A DNA stretch of 32,000 nt, from the NCBI RefSeq assembly GCF_000829315.1, contig NZ_AP013028.1, positions 150,001 to 182,000 on the forward strand, read 5' to 3'. The notes beneath the pieces were generated by a model. That model had not been told where the DNA came from. It made no database searches and saw nothing but the letters and a program-made list of their open reading frames with translations. This DNA comes from Wolbachia endosymbiont of Cimex lectularius (GTDB taxonomy: Bacteria; Pseudomonadota; Alphaproteobacteria; Rickettsiales; Anaplasmataceae). The first letter of the stretch is position 1; every line of letters begins with the position of its first letter. A program made the position numbers and the translations under genes. Positions 8,397 to 16,700 of this stretch are shown piece by piece.

Positions 8397-8821
8397 GAAA
8401 ATATTTAAGAAATTTACCAAGTAGAGAAAAAAAAGCAAAAGAAGCTCTGGTCAATATCTGTTCAAAAACATTGGCATCTTTTTAGCCTTAAACGCTGCAA
8501 TTTAGCTGCTTTTAAACCGCAACTAACCTTAGCTTAATGTTTAAGAAATTTACTAAGCAGAAAAAAAGACAAAAGAAATCCCGTGGTAGAAGTTGCTCAC
8601 TCTCTAATCCTGCAAATTGGCGTACTATACTGTCTTGAACGACTTATAAGCGCGTTTCAGCTTGTATAGGGAAAAACCTAGAAGTCTTAGGTGAAATTAA
8701 TAAAAACATGAGGTGCACAGATTGAAGCTAAATAAATAGCTCCAATATCATAATAAGGGAACTGAAGGAATTTGTCAAGTAGTTTTTTGGTTCTGTTGAG
8801 TAGCTTTTTTCCACTGTTGTC
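8397..8821 (-). repeat. promoter-bearing modular intergenic repeat, type 1, copy b (inverted relative to copy a)
   Basis: The reverse complement aligns module by module with 5336-5820. This includes TTTTTTCCACTGTTGTC (8805-8821), TTGTCAAGTAGTTTTTT, the conserved core, and two tails at 8400-8418 and 8535-8553. Confidence 0.75.
8750..8778 (-). promoter_or_regulatory. sigma70-like promoter inside repeat copy b (TTGACA-17-TATTAT)
   Basis: The minus strand reads TTGACA AATTCCTTCAGTTCCCT TATTAT, an exact -35 with a 17-nt spacer. Confidence 0.5.
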
Positions 8822-8899
8822 TACTATTATGTAATAAAGCCCGGTAGCTATTGATTTTTACAACTAGTGCAGATACGATAAAACTTTAAGCACTGAATA

Positions 8900-10435
8900 A
8901 TGGAGCAATTTGGAAACTTTTACATCACTACGCCAATATATTACGTAAACGACAAACCTCACATTGGTCACGCATACACCTCCCTTTTGTGCGATGTAGT
9001 GGCAAGGTTTATGAGACTTGCTGGAAAGAACATCAAATTTACTACCGGTACAGATGAGCACGGGCAAAAAATCGAGAAAGCAGCCAAAGCACGGGGAATG
9101 CAGCCAAAGGAATTTACAGATGAAGTAAGCGTTTCATTTAGGGAATTAGCTAAGTCCATGAATTTTCAATATGATGATTTTATCCGCACTACGGAAGAAC
9201 GTCACGAAAAAGCAGTAATAGCTCTATGGAATAGGCTTGAAGAGAGAGGACAAATATATCTGGATTCTTATTCAGGTTGGTATTCAGTCCGTGATGAAGC
9301 ATTTTATCAGGAGTCAGAGTTGATAGATGGCAAAGCACCAACAGGCGCGGAAGTTCAGTGGATAAAAGAAGAAAGCTACTTTTTTCGTTTGTCGAATTGG
9401 CAAGACAAATTACTGGAGTTATATGAAAATCAGGCAAATTTTATCTTTCCTGAGAGTAGAAAAAATGAAGTGGTATCGTTTGTAAGGTCAGGACTCACTG
9501 ACCTTTCAATCTCTCGCACTAGCTTTAATTGGGGGATAAAAGTGCCAGGCAATGACAAACACGTAATCTATGTCTGGATTGATGCACTCACTAATTACCT
9601 CACGTCAGTAGGCTTTCCTGGTACTGAAGGTGAAGAATATAAGAGGTTTTGGGCAAATGACAGCTCTTCCAATGTTCATGTAATCGGTAAAGACATACTG
9701 CGCTTTCACGCCGTATATTGGCCGGCGATTCTCCTTGCAGCAGATTTGCCGCTGCCAAAGCAAATTGCGGTTCATGGTTGGTGGCTCAGCGAGGGGGAAA
9801 AAATATCCAAGTCTCTTGGCAATGTCATAGATCCAATTGGCTTGGCTAAAGAGTTTGGCGTTGATCAGCTACGCTATTTTCTCCTTCGGGAAGCAAGTTT
9901 TGGCCAGGATGGCAACTTTAGCAAGAAAAATATGATCAGCCGAATAAATTCAGAACTGGCAAACAATATAGGCAATTTAGTGCAAAGAACAATTTCATTT
10001 TTACACAAACAATGCTCGGGAATTGTACCAACAGTTGATCAAAGCCTACTTAAAGACGAGGAAAGTCTTCCAAATTGCGAAGCTATACTTGATAAAGCGA
10101 CGGATCATCTATCAAAGTACGAGTTTAACCAGATTATACTTTTAATTATCAACATCTCCTCTGAAGCCAACGCTTATATAGATAAAAGTGCACCCTGGAC
10201 ATTAAGTAAAACCGATAGAGAGCGCATGAATTTAGTAATCTACAAATTGCTCGAATATATCAGGATAATTGGCATTCTGTTGCAGCCAATTGTCCCAAGG
10301 TCAGCAGAAATGATACTCGATCAATTACAAATTCCAAAAGAACAACGAGATTTAAAATCTCTGTGCAACGCGTGCGTAAGCTTAGGTATTACACTACTTA
10401 GACCTACGCTGGTTTTTTTGAGGGTTGATGTGTAG
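8900..10435 (+). CDS. metG: methionine--tRNA ligase (short form without C-terminal tRNA-binding domain)
   Basis: Class I synthetase signatures PHIGHAYT (HIGH) and KISKSLGN (KMSKS). 511 aa. Confidence 0.9.
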   Translation: MEQFGNFYITTPIYYVNDKPHIGHAYTSLLCDVVARFMRLAGKNIKFTTGTDEHGQKIEKAAKARGMQPKEFTDEVSVSFRELAKSMNFQYDDFIRTTEERHEKAVIALWNRLEERGQIYLDSYSGWYSVRDEAFYQESELIDGKAPTGAEVQWIKEESYFFRLSNWQDKLLELYENQANFIFPESRKNEVVSFVRSGLTDLSISRTSFNWGIKVPGNDKHVIYVWIDALTNYLTSVGFPGTEGEEYKRFWANDSSSNVHVIGKDILRFHAVYWPAILLAADLPLPKQIAVHGWWLSEGEKISKSLGNVIDPIGLAKEFGVDQLRYFLLREASFGQDGNFSKKNMISRINSELANNIGNLVQRTISFLHKQCSGIVPTVDQSLLKDEESLPNCEAILDKATDHLSKYEFNQIILLIINISSEANAYIDKSAPWTLSKTDRERMNLVIYKLLEYIRIIGILLQPIVPRSAEMILDQLQIPKEQRDLKSLCNACVSLGITLLRPTLVFLRVDV

Positions 10436-10447
10436 AGTATGCAAAAA

Positions 10448-10912
10448 CTAACTGCCTCTAGCAGGAAACAGGGTTGGTAATGCCTGCTTAACAGGACCTG
10501 TTATATTGATAGTTGGTGATCCTTGCACTTCTTTCTCAGCTAACTGTTTTTTCAGTTCATCAACCTCATTTTCTAGCTTAGAAATCCTATTGTTTCTTTC
10601 CTCACCCAACCGCTCTTCCAGGCTAGAAGTTTCAGCATTTTTACCTTCTATTTCTTTCTCTTGATTAGCTAGTTGAGCATCTTTCTCAGAAATGGTGTTG
10701 TTTTTACTAATTACTGCGCATAAGAGTTCAGTAATTATTATAGTGGAAAGTACAGCACAACCAATAATACAACCAACGAAGAAGTTAGCACTGCAACATG
10801 CAAAAACGACATGAGGAGCTACGAAAAATGCTGCTGGCATCAATGAAGCTAAAGTAGCTAGAGTACCAGCCACAAGATAAGGTGCGTTAGTTTTATTAAA
10901 TATGTTTTTCAT
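10448..10912 (-). CDS. hypothetical membrane-anchored coiled-coil protein (ISKNNxISE hinge family)
   Basis: ORF track 10448..10957. An ATG at 10912 follows GTGAGG and is the likely start. Two N-terminal hydrophobic helices are followed by AVISKNNTISEKD and a Glu/Lys-rich coiled coil. Confidence 0.55.
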   Translation of the reverse strand: MKNIFNKTNAPYLVAGTLATLASLMPAAFFVAPHVVFACCSANFFVGCIIGCAVLSTIIITELLCAVISKNNTISEKDAQLANQEKEIEGKNAETSSLEERLGEERNNRISKLENEVDELKKQLAEKEVQGSPTINITGPVKQALPTLFPARGS

Positions 10913-11025
10913 TATATACCTCACTAGAATTAATTTATTATTAAGGTTATAGCACAAATAAAGAGATATGTTAACTTTATTAATGAATCATAGTAAGGAT
11001 AGCATTGATAAAAGATTGCTGAAAG

Positions 11026-12477
11026 CTATGAACTGTTCCTCTCCGTGTAATCTTTGAATGCGCCTCTGCTGGAGTCAAAATATAGCTTTACACTGCCAAT
11101 TGGTCCGTTTCTTTGTTTTGCAATAATGAGTTCTGCAATATTTCTAATTTTTTCCATCTTCTCTTGCCATTCTCGATGTTTATTGCTTCCTTCACTTGGC
11201 TGCTTTCTTAGCTCATAATATTCTTCTCTGTAGAGGAACATTACTATATCTGCATCTTGCTCTATGCTTCCTGAATCGCGCAAATCAGCAAGTTGTGGTT
11301 TTTTATCGTCTCTTTGCTCAACAGAGCGGGAGAGCTGCGATAGTGCAACAATGGGAATATTTAGCTCCTTTGCAATTGCTTTCAAACCCTGCGTCACTTC
11401 CGAGATTTCTTGCACTCTATTTTCATTACTTCTTTTTGTTGTTCCTCTGATTAACTGCAGATAATCGATAAATACCACTTCTACATTATATAATTGATAC
11501 AACAGACGTATTCTATTACGAAGAGCACTAATTGACAGCGCAGGAGTGTCATCTATGATAAAAGGCAACTCAGACAATTCTGTACTAGCATTAATGAATT
11601 CATGCAATTCAAAATCACTAATTCTTCCGGTCAGTGCCTTATAATAACTAATTCCCGAATCTATAGTGATCAATCTTGCAGTTAATTGCTCCGCTGACAT
11701 TTCAAGCGAGAAAAACGCTACGCAGTGTTGTTTATCTGCTCTTTTTTGTAAAACCTTACAAGCATTAAGGGCAATGTTCAGTGCCAGTGCTGTTTTACCC
11801 ATAGAAGGCCTTGCAGCTAGAATTAACAGGTCAGATTTCTGCAGACCACCAAGAAGCTGATTTAGGTCTTGGAGTCCGGTTGTAATGCCCAGCGCTTCTG
11901 GATTATTTTTCAGCGTGCTTATTTTTTCAACTACATCTTTAACTGAGCTTGCAAGCTTTATATACGTCTTCTCGCCTTGCTTTTTTACTGCTAAGTTGAA
12001 CAACTTGGTCATTGCTTGTTCAATTTGCGCCTGTGCAGGGTTTTCGATGTCATAGCTGTAACTATCATCAACTATCTCCTGCCCAAGCTTGATTAAGCAT
12101 CTCCTTAAGTAAGTATCACGGATTATTCTAGTCAAGCTATAGATATCAAGCGCAATACTCGCCTTCGCTGCGAGCTTTGCAAGATATTCAACTCCACCGC
12201 ACTTGGTAAATGCTTCGTCGTTCTCAAAAAACATTTTGAGGCTCAGTTCATTAGCAACTATGCCGTGTTTTCTGGTTTTAGATATCTGCGTAAAAATGCT
12301 TTGATGCAGTGGATCATAAAAATTGTCTGCTGTGATCATATCTTCGACTGCGTCACAAATTCTATTATCACGAATCATTGCACCGATGAGCATTTGCTCC
12401 GCTTCTAAGTTATGTGGTAATTTGCATATTTCTTTATCTACGTTTCTTGAATCGATGAGATTAGCTAATTCATTCAT
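11026..12477 (-). CDS. dnaB: replicative DNA helicase DnaB
   Basis: 483 aa. N-terminal LPHNLEAEQ..IG motif, Walker A ARPSMGKTA, and C-terminal RecA-like motifs (IAKQRNGP). Confidence 0.9.
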   Translation of the reverse strand: MNELANLIDSRNVDKEICKLPHNLEAEQMLIGAMIRDNRICDAVEDMITADNFYDPLHQSIFTQISKTRKHGIVANELSLKMFFENDEAFTKCGGVEYLAKLAAKASIALDIYSLTRIIRDTYLRRCLIKLGQEIVDDSYSYDIENPAQAQIEQAMTKLFNLAVKKQGEKTYIKLASSVKDVVEKISTLKNNPEALGITTGLQDLNQLLGGLQKSDLLILAARPSMGKTALALNIALNACKVLQKRADKQHCVAFFSLEMSAEQLTARLITIDSGISYYKALTGRISDFELHEFINASTELSELPFIIDDTPALSISALRNRIRLLYQLYNVEVVFIDYLQLIRGTTKRSNENRVQEISEVTQGLKAIAKELNIPIVALSQLSRSVEQRDDKKPQLADLRDSGSIEQDADIVMFLYREEYYELRKQPSEGSNKHREWQEKMEKIRNIAELIIAKQRNGPIGSVKLYFDSSRGAFKDYTERNSS

Positions 12478-12552
12478 TCCAAATTTTTAGAGTAACTATC
12501 GATTATTGTAGAATATTTAGTCCTCATTTGAAAGATGTAAAGGTAAAAAAAT

Positions 12553-12580
12553 TTGACTAATTTCGTGTTGCCTATAGCAT
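12553..12580 (+). promoter_or_regulatory. candidate promoter for tRNA-Leu (TTGACT-16-TAGCAT)
   Basis: TTGACT at 12553-12558 and TAGCAT at 12575-12580, about 10 nt upstream of the tRNA 5' end. The -10 is weak. Confidence 0.35.
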
Positions 12581-12590
12581 TGAAACTTAA

Positions 12591-12673
12591 GCCCCTGTGG
12601 TGGAATGGTAGACACGGCAGACTCAAAATCTGTTGCTTGCAAAAGCATGCTGGTTCAAGTCCGGCCAGGGGCA
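12591..12673 (+). tRNA. tRNA-Leu (anticodon CAA), class II with long variable arm, CCA not encoded
   Basis: Acceptor stem GCCCCTG pairs with CAGGGGC. Anticodon stem-loop is GCAGA-CTCAAAA-TCTGT (anticodon CAA). Long variable arm GCTTGCAAAAGCATGC. T-arm contains GGTTCAAGTCC. Confidence 0.85.
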
Positions 12674-12694
12674 CTCAAATGTTGGAAAGTGCTT

Positions 12695-13303
12695 ATGTTA
12701 CATAGATTTTTTGATCGCTTATTTTCTATTCTCTCTTCTATGAATGCTATTCAAAAGGTGAAAAAGGATGAAAGTGGAATATGCTATGTAACGGGATTTA
12801 GGCGCTATATATCGGTATTGCTTGATTTAATTATTATCGTTTTGTTCTTACAGTTCTGCAGCCTGGCCGCAAATCAGCTCTTTACAAACTCAGAAGACAG
12901 AAAAATATTGAGCGACATAGGTGCAAAATATCTGGTGCAAACGCCACTTTCTGCGGAAGAAAGGGCAACACAGAGCAAACTTGTTAAATTAATGGTTCTA
13001 AATCAAATAGTCCAATTTATTATACTATTTAGCTATGTTGCATATATGTGGATAAGGTTCGCTGCTACGCCTGGAAAACTACTACTTGGGCTCAGAATTG
13101 TGGATGAACAGACTTTTGGAAAAATGACCCTAAAACAAGCAACGAAGAGGTTTTTCTCCTTTATATTGTCAGTTGCTCCATTATTTTTGGGTTTTATATG
13201 GTCAAATTTCGACAAACGCTGCCAAACTTGGCACGATAAGATCGCAGGCACAGTGGTTGTCACGAGCAAAAGCCTTAGAAGACAGGACCAAAAAACTACT
13301 TGA
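12695..13303 (+). CDS. RDD-family membrane protein
   Basis: ORF track starts at 12605 inside the tRNA. The in-frame ATG at 12695 is the realistic start. It has GFRRYISVLLDLIIIVL and C-terminal WHDKIAGTVVV, as in RDD-domain proteins. The stop codon TGA (13301-13303) lies inside the TTGACA of the adjacent repeat. Confidence 0.7.
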   Translation: MLHRFFDRLFSILSSMNAIQKVKKDESGICYVTGFRRYISVLLDLIIIVLFLQFCSLAANQLFTNSEDRKILSDIGAKYLVQTPLSAEERATQSKLVKLMVLNQIVQFIILFSYVAYMWIRFAATPGKLLLGLRIVDEQTFGKMTLKQATKRFFSFILSVAPLFLGFIWSNFDKRCQTWHDKIAGTVVVTSKSLRRQDQKTT

Positions 13304-13570
13304 CAAACTTTGCCAGTCCCCTTACAATAGAGTTGTGGGTGTTTTAGGCCTAAAATTTATCTTTAATCTTTGTATTAAGTGACAAAAGCACAGTATAAAA
13401 CAAGGCGTGTTATGTTTAATTTTTGCAGCATGGACACTGCATGTCTTTATAAATTTTTGTCTACATTAGCTGAGCCCCGCTTACTAAGCGGTGTAAGAGA
13501 GAATCGGACACCAAGTTTTTGAGAGAACAGTAAACAACTCACGTTGCGGGGTTTTTTTTGTCTTTTTTTT
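13290..13570 (+). repeat. promoter-bearing modular intergenic repeat, type 2, copy c
   Basis: Near-identical to 26682-26930 apart from a 33-nt indel and a few substitutions. More distantly homologous to the type 1 copies (core CTACATTAGCTGAGCCCCGCTTACTAAGCGGTGTAAGAGA). Ends GCGGGG-T8-GTC-T8. Confidence 0.75.
13300..13328 (+). promoter_or_regulatory. sigma70-like promoter inside repeat copy c (TTGACA-17-TACAAT)
   Basis: Exact TTGACA at 13300-13305, a 17-nt spacer ending CCCT, and TACAAT at 13323-13328. Confidence 0.5.
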
Positions 13571-13606
13571 AAATTAGTTAAAAATTTAACCAATCTCATT
13601 TTTTTC

Positions 13607-13790
13607 ACAAAAAAATTGCTTGACAAGTTTTGACGTTTCCCTTATCATAAATTATGGGTATTTACAACCCCAAGGTCAGCTACTTGTCAAGCGTATAGAG
13701 CATTAACGCCAAGTTATTAAAATAGATATTGATCAGGGCTTCTTTTGCTTTTTTTTCCGCTTGGTAAGTTTCTTAATGTTTAAGCTAAAA
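13607..13790 (+). repeat. short promoter-plus-tail unit of the same repeat family
   Basis: AAAAAAATTGCTTGACAAG... is followed about 120 nt later by GGGCTTCTTTTGCTTTTTTTTCCGCTTGGTAAGTTTCTTAATG (tail at 13763-13781). The unit abuts the addA stop codon. Confidence 0.6.
13620..13648 (+). promoter_or_regulatory. sigma70-like promoter in short unit (TTGACA-17-TATCAT)
   Basis: TTGACA at 13620-13625, a 17-nt spacer ending CCCT, and TATCAT at 13643-13648. Confidence 0.5.
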
Positions 13791-16700
13791 ATCAGATTGC
13801 AGGGTCAAGTTTTCCACCCAAATGACCACGCACTCTATCTGCTTGTTTGGATATATTTCTTGCACTAAGGTTTTATAGATCGACATTTGCTTTTTTATTT
13901 CATTTAACGAGGAAGCAGAAACACTGCAGTGTGATTTATAATCAATTATGATTACTTTATCTTGCGTTATACACAGCCTATCTAGCCGTACTAATATCGG
14001 CTCTCCGTCAATTGTTCCACTTAGTGTAATTTCTGATTTGCCTTCTAAATCGAATAGGTAATCATATTTTTCATTAAAGGCTAATATTTTATTGTAAATT
14101 TCATCTTTATCTTCCCTGCTGTTCATATTATCGAGATATTTTCTTACCCAAATTTTTCTCCTGTCTTTCTCTATCTTAGGCATATACTGCAATATGCTGT
14201 GGATTATTAGGCCTCTTGCATAGCCATCTGTTATTCCAGCACTTATCATCCCAGTGCTCCTTTTTTTGTCATCCCAGTGCTCCGACACTGGGATCCATTC
14301 TTTTTTTTCACCGGATTCCAGCATCAAGTGCTGGAATGACAAAGGGGAATGCTGGGATGATACCGGAGGGTGAGTAGTTGATGCTGGTGTTCCTTCTTTT
14401 TCCTGGATTCCAGTGTCAGCTACTTGGATGACAAAGGGGGGTGCTGGTTCTCCTTCTTTTTTACTGGATCCCAGTGTCGGAGCACTGGGATGACAAGAAA
14501 AGGAGGCACTGGGATGGCAGGAGAAGGGGTGCTGGGATGACATTGATAGGTTTGGTGGAGGGGAAATTACTGGAACATCAAAATAATCACGTTTTTTATA
14601 AACAGAGGGGTAATTTGCATTTACACACAGTACTTCAACCCTTTCTTTAAATATTGGACGTAAATCTGCTTGTTTTTTCTCATATGGTTCCCCGTGCCTA
14701 GTAATTATATCATACCAAGAGTTCTTTTGTACTGGCTCTTTACCTAAAATGTATAACTCATCTTCAGCACGCGTGAGTGCTACATATAGCAAACGCAAAT
14801 ATTCATTATAATCCTCTAGTTTTTTCTCTCTTTTTACTTGATCACAATAAGCGTTATCGTTTTTTCCACACCAAAATGGTGCTTCCATTGCATCAAAAAC
14901 AATGCTTTCACTGTTTCTTGGCACTGTGTTTGTATCAACCAAAAACACTATAGGAACTTGTAGACCTTTTGATTTATGAATTGTCATTATTCGTACAGCA
15001 TTGCGTTCTGATTGCATATCGTTTTTAATCTCCAGATTATTCTCCTTGATCCACTGAACAAATGCTTGAAGAGATGGGTTTTCAAATTGCAGCACAAGGT
15101 TCATAAATTCATCTAAGATCTCAAAGCACTCAAGACCTAGCCTTGCAGCAAATTTCTTCTTGCCTGTGCGCAATACATGCGTGAATAATGTAAGAGAGGA
15201 CTCTGCACGGGATAAGTCAATGAGATAATTTAATTCACTATAGATGACCTCACAATAATCCTGAAGTCTTTTCCATAATGACTGTTCTTTACGGTCGTGT
15301 GCAATATTGAATAAATCATCCTCAGTGAAATTAAATAGAGGTGATTTTAAAACATTCGCAAGAGCCAAATCGTTTGTCGGCAGGAGTAAAAATTCAGCTA
15401 AAGCTATCAAGTCCTGCACAGCTATATAGTCCATGATTCTGAAATAGTCCCGTCCTATAACCGGTACGTTTGCTTTTTTAAGTTCGCTTATTACGTAGTC
15501 AACTAATACGTTTCTTTGCCGTACCAGGATCATAATGTCCCTTGGTTCTATATGACGATCTTTAGCGACTAAAATCCGTCCTTCATTTAACCAATTGCGA
15601 ACTCTGTGGGCTATTGCCTGAGCGAGCAACCGCTCTGCTATTACATGATCTTTTCTCTGTGCTAAATGAATTTGTAAGGCTTGCTGCTTTTCCTCTTTAC
15701 ATCTTGGTAGTAATGGCCAAATTTCAATGTATCCTTGATCGTTTTCTCTATGAGGAATATGTTTTATTTCACTATCGACAAAAGATATCTCTTCACGAAA
15801 GTTGTTAAATAATCTGTCTACAAGTGCTAGAATGTGCGGAGTAGAACGAAATGATTTTTCAAGTTGACATGATATCCACTCTCTGCCGCCGGTTTTTGTG
15901 TGAAAGTATTGTTGCATGTAGTTGAATAGGTGAGGATTTGCTCCTTGGAATCTGTAAATAGATTGTTTTACGTCACCAACAACAAACAAGGTTCGCTTTT
16001 CATCACCATCGGTAAAAAATTCATCACAGAGATTTGTTATAATTTTCCACTGACTGATACTATTGTCTTGCGCCTCATCAACGAGGATATGGTCTATTTT
16101 TTGATCTAAGTTAAACAACACCCAATCTTTATAATCTGGGTTGCCAAGAAGATTTGTTGCTAAATGGATTATATCATTGTAGTCAAGCAGTGCATTCTTT
16201 GATTTTTCACTATTATATAAATCAGCATACACTTTAAATATTTTGAGTAAACTACTGGTTCTCTTGAATATTTGATAAGAATTCACATCTCTCACATGAG
16301 TAAATACTACATTTTGGATATTTTCTATGATCTGTTCTGCATCTCCGAATTTTTCCAAAGTACCCTTTGTTATGATGGATGATATGCTTTTTTTTTCGTT
16401 TGATTCTGATTTTAGAAATACTTTGATTAGGTTTTCTATATTGGTGTCATCCAAGTAGTTGACGCTGGGATCCATATTTCTTTTTTTCTGGCTTCCAGCG
16501 TCACGCGCTGGAATGACAGATGGTTTACACCAATCGTAGAGCATTGTACTGTAACTTTGATCTCTTTTGCTGCCCTCACTTAGTATTTCAGCCAATCTTT
16601 CCACGTGCTCAATCGTTTCACTTTGTAACCCATGAATTTTATATGGGGCACTCAGCTTACCTTTGATATACTCCAAATCATCTGCTGATAACGGTCTTTT

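Noticed and set aside
8223-9159. ORFs 8223-8438(-), 8864-9067(-) and 8968-9159(-)
   Set aside because: The first is a read-through of repeat and hairpin sequence. The others are antisense to the metG 5' region, which carries the HIGH motif.
12474-12694. 66-aa minus-strand ORF, and the N-terminal extension of the RDD ORF (12605-12694)
   Set aside because: Both overlap tRNA-Leu (12591-12673). The peptides are translations of the tRNA sequence. The RDD gene has a proper in-frame ATG at 12695.
13173-13382. 69-aa ORF running from the RDD 3' region into repeat copy c
   Set aside because: It is an alternative frame of the RDD gene that continues into the promoter repeat. It is not conserved in copy d and has no start context.
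14441-14650. 69-aa plus-strand ORF inside the addA palindromic cluster
   Set aside because: Palindromic elements read similarly on both strands (WIPVSEHWDDKK appears in both), so the open frame is a symmetry artefact inside addA.
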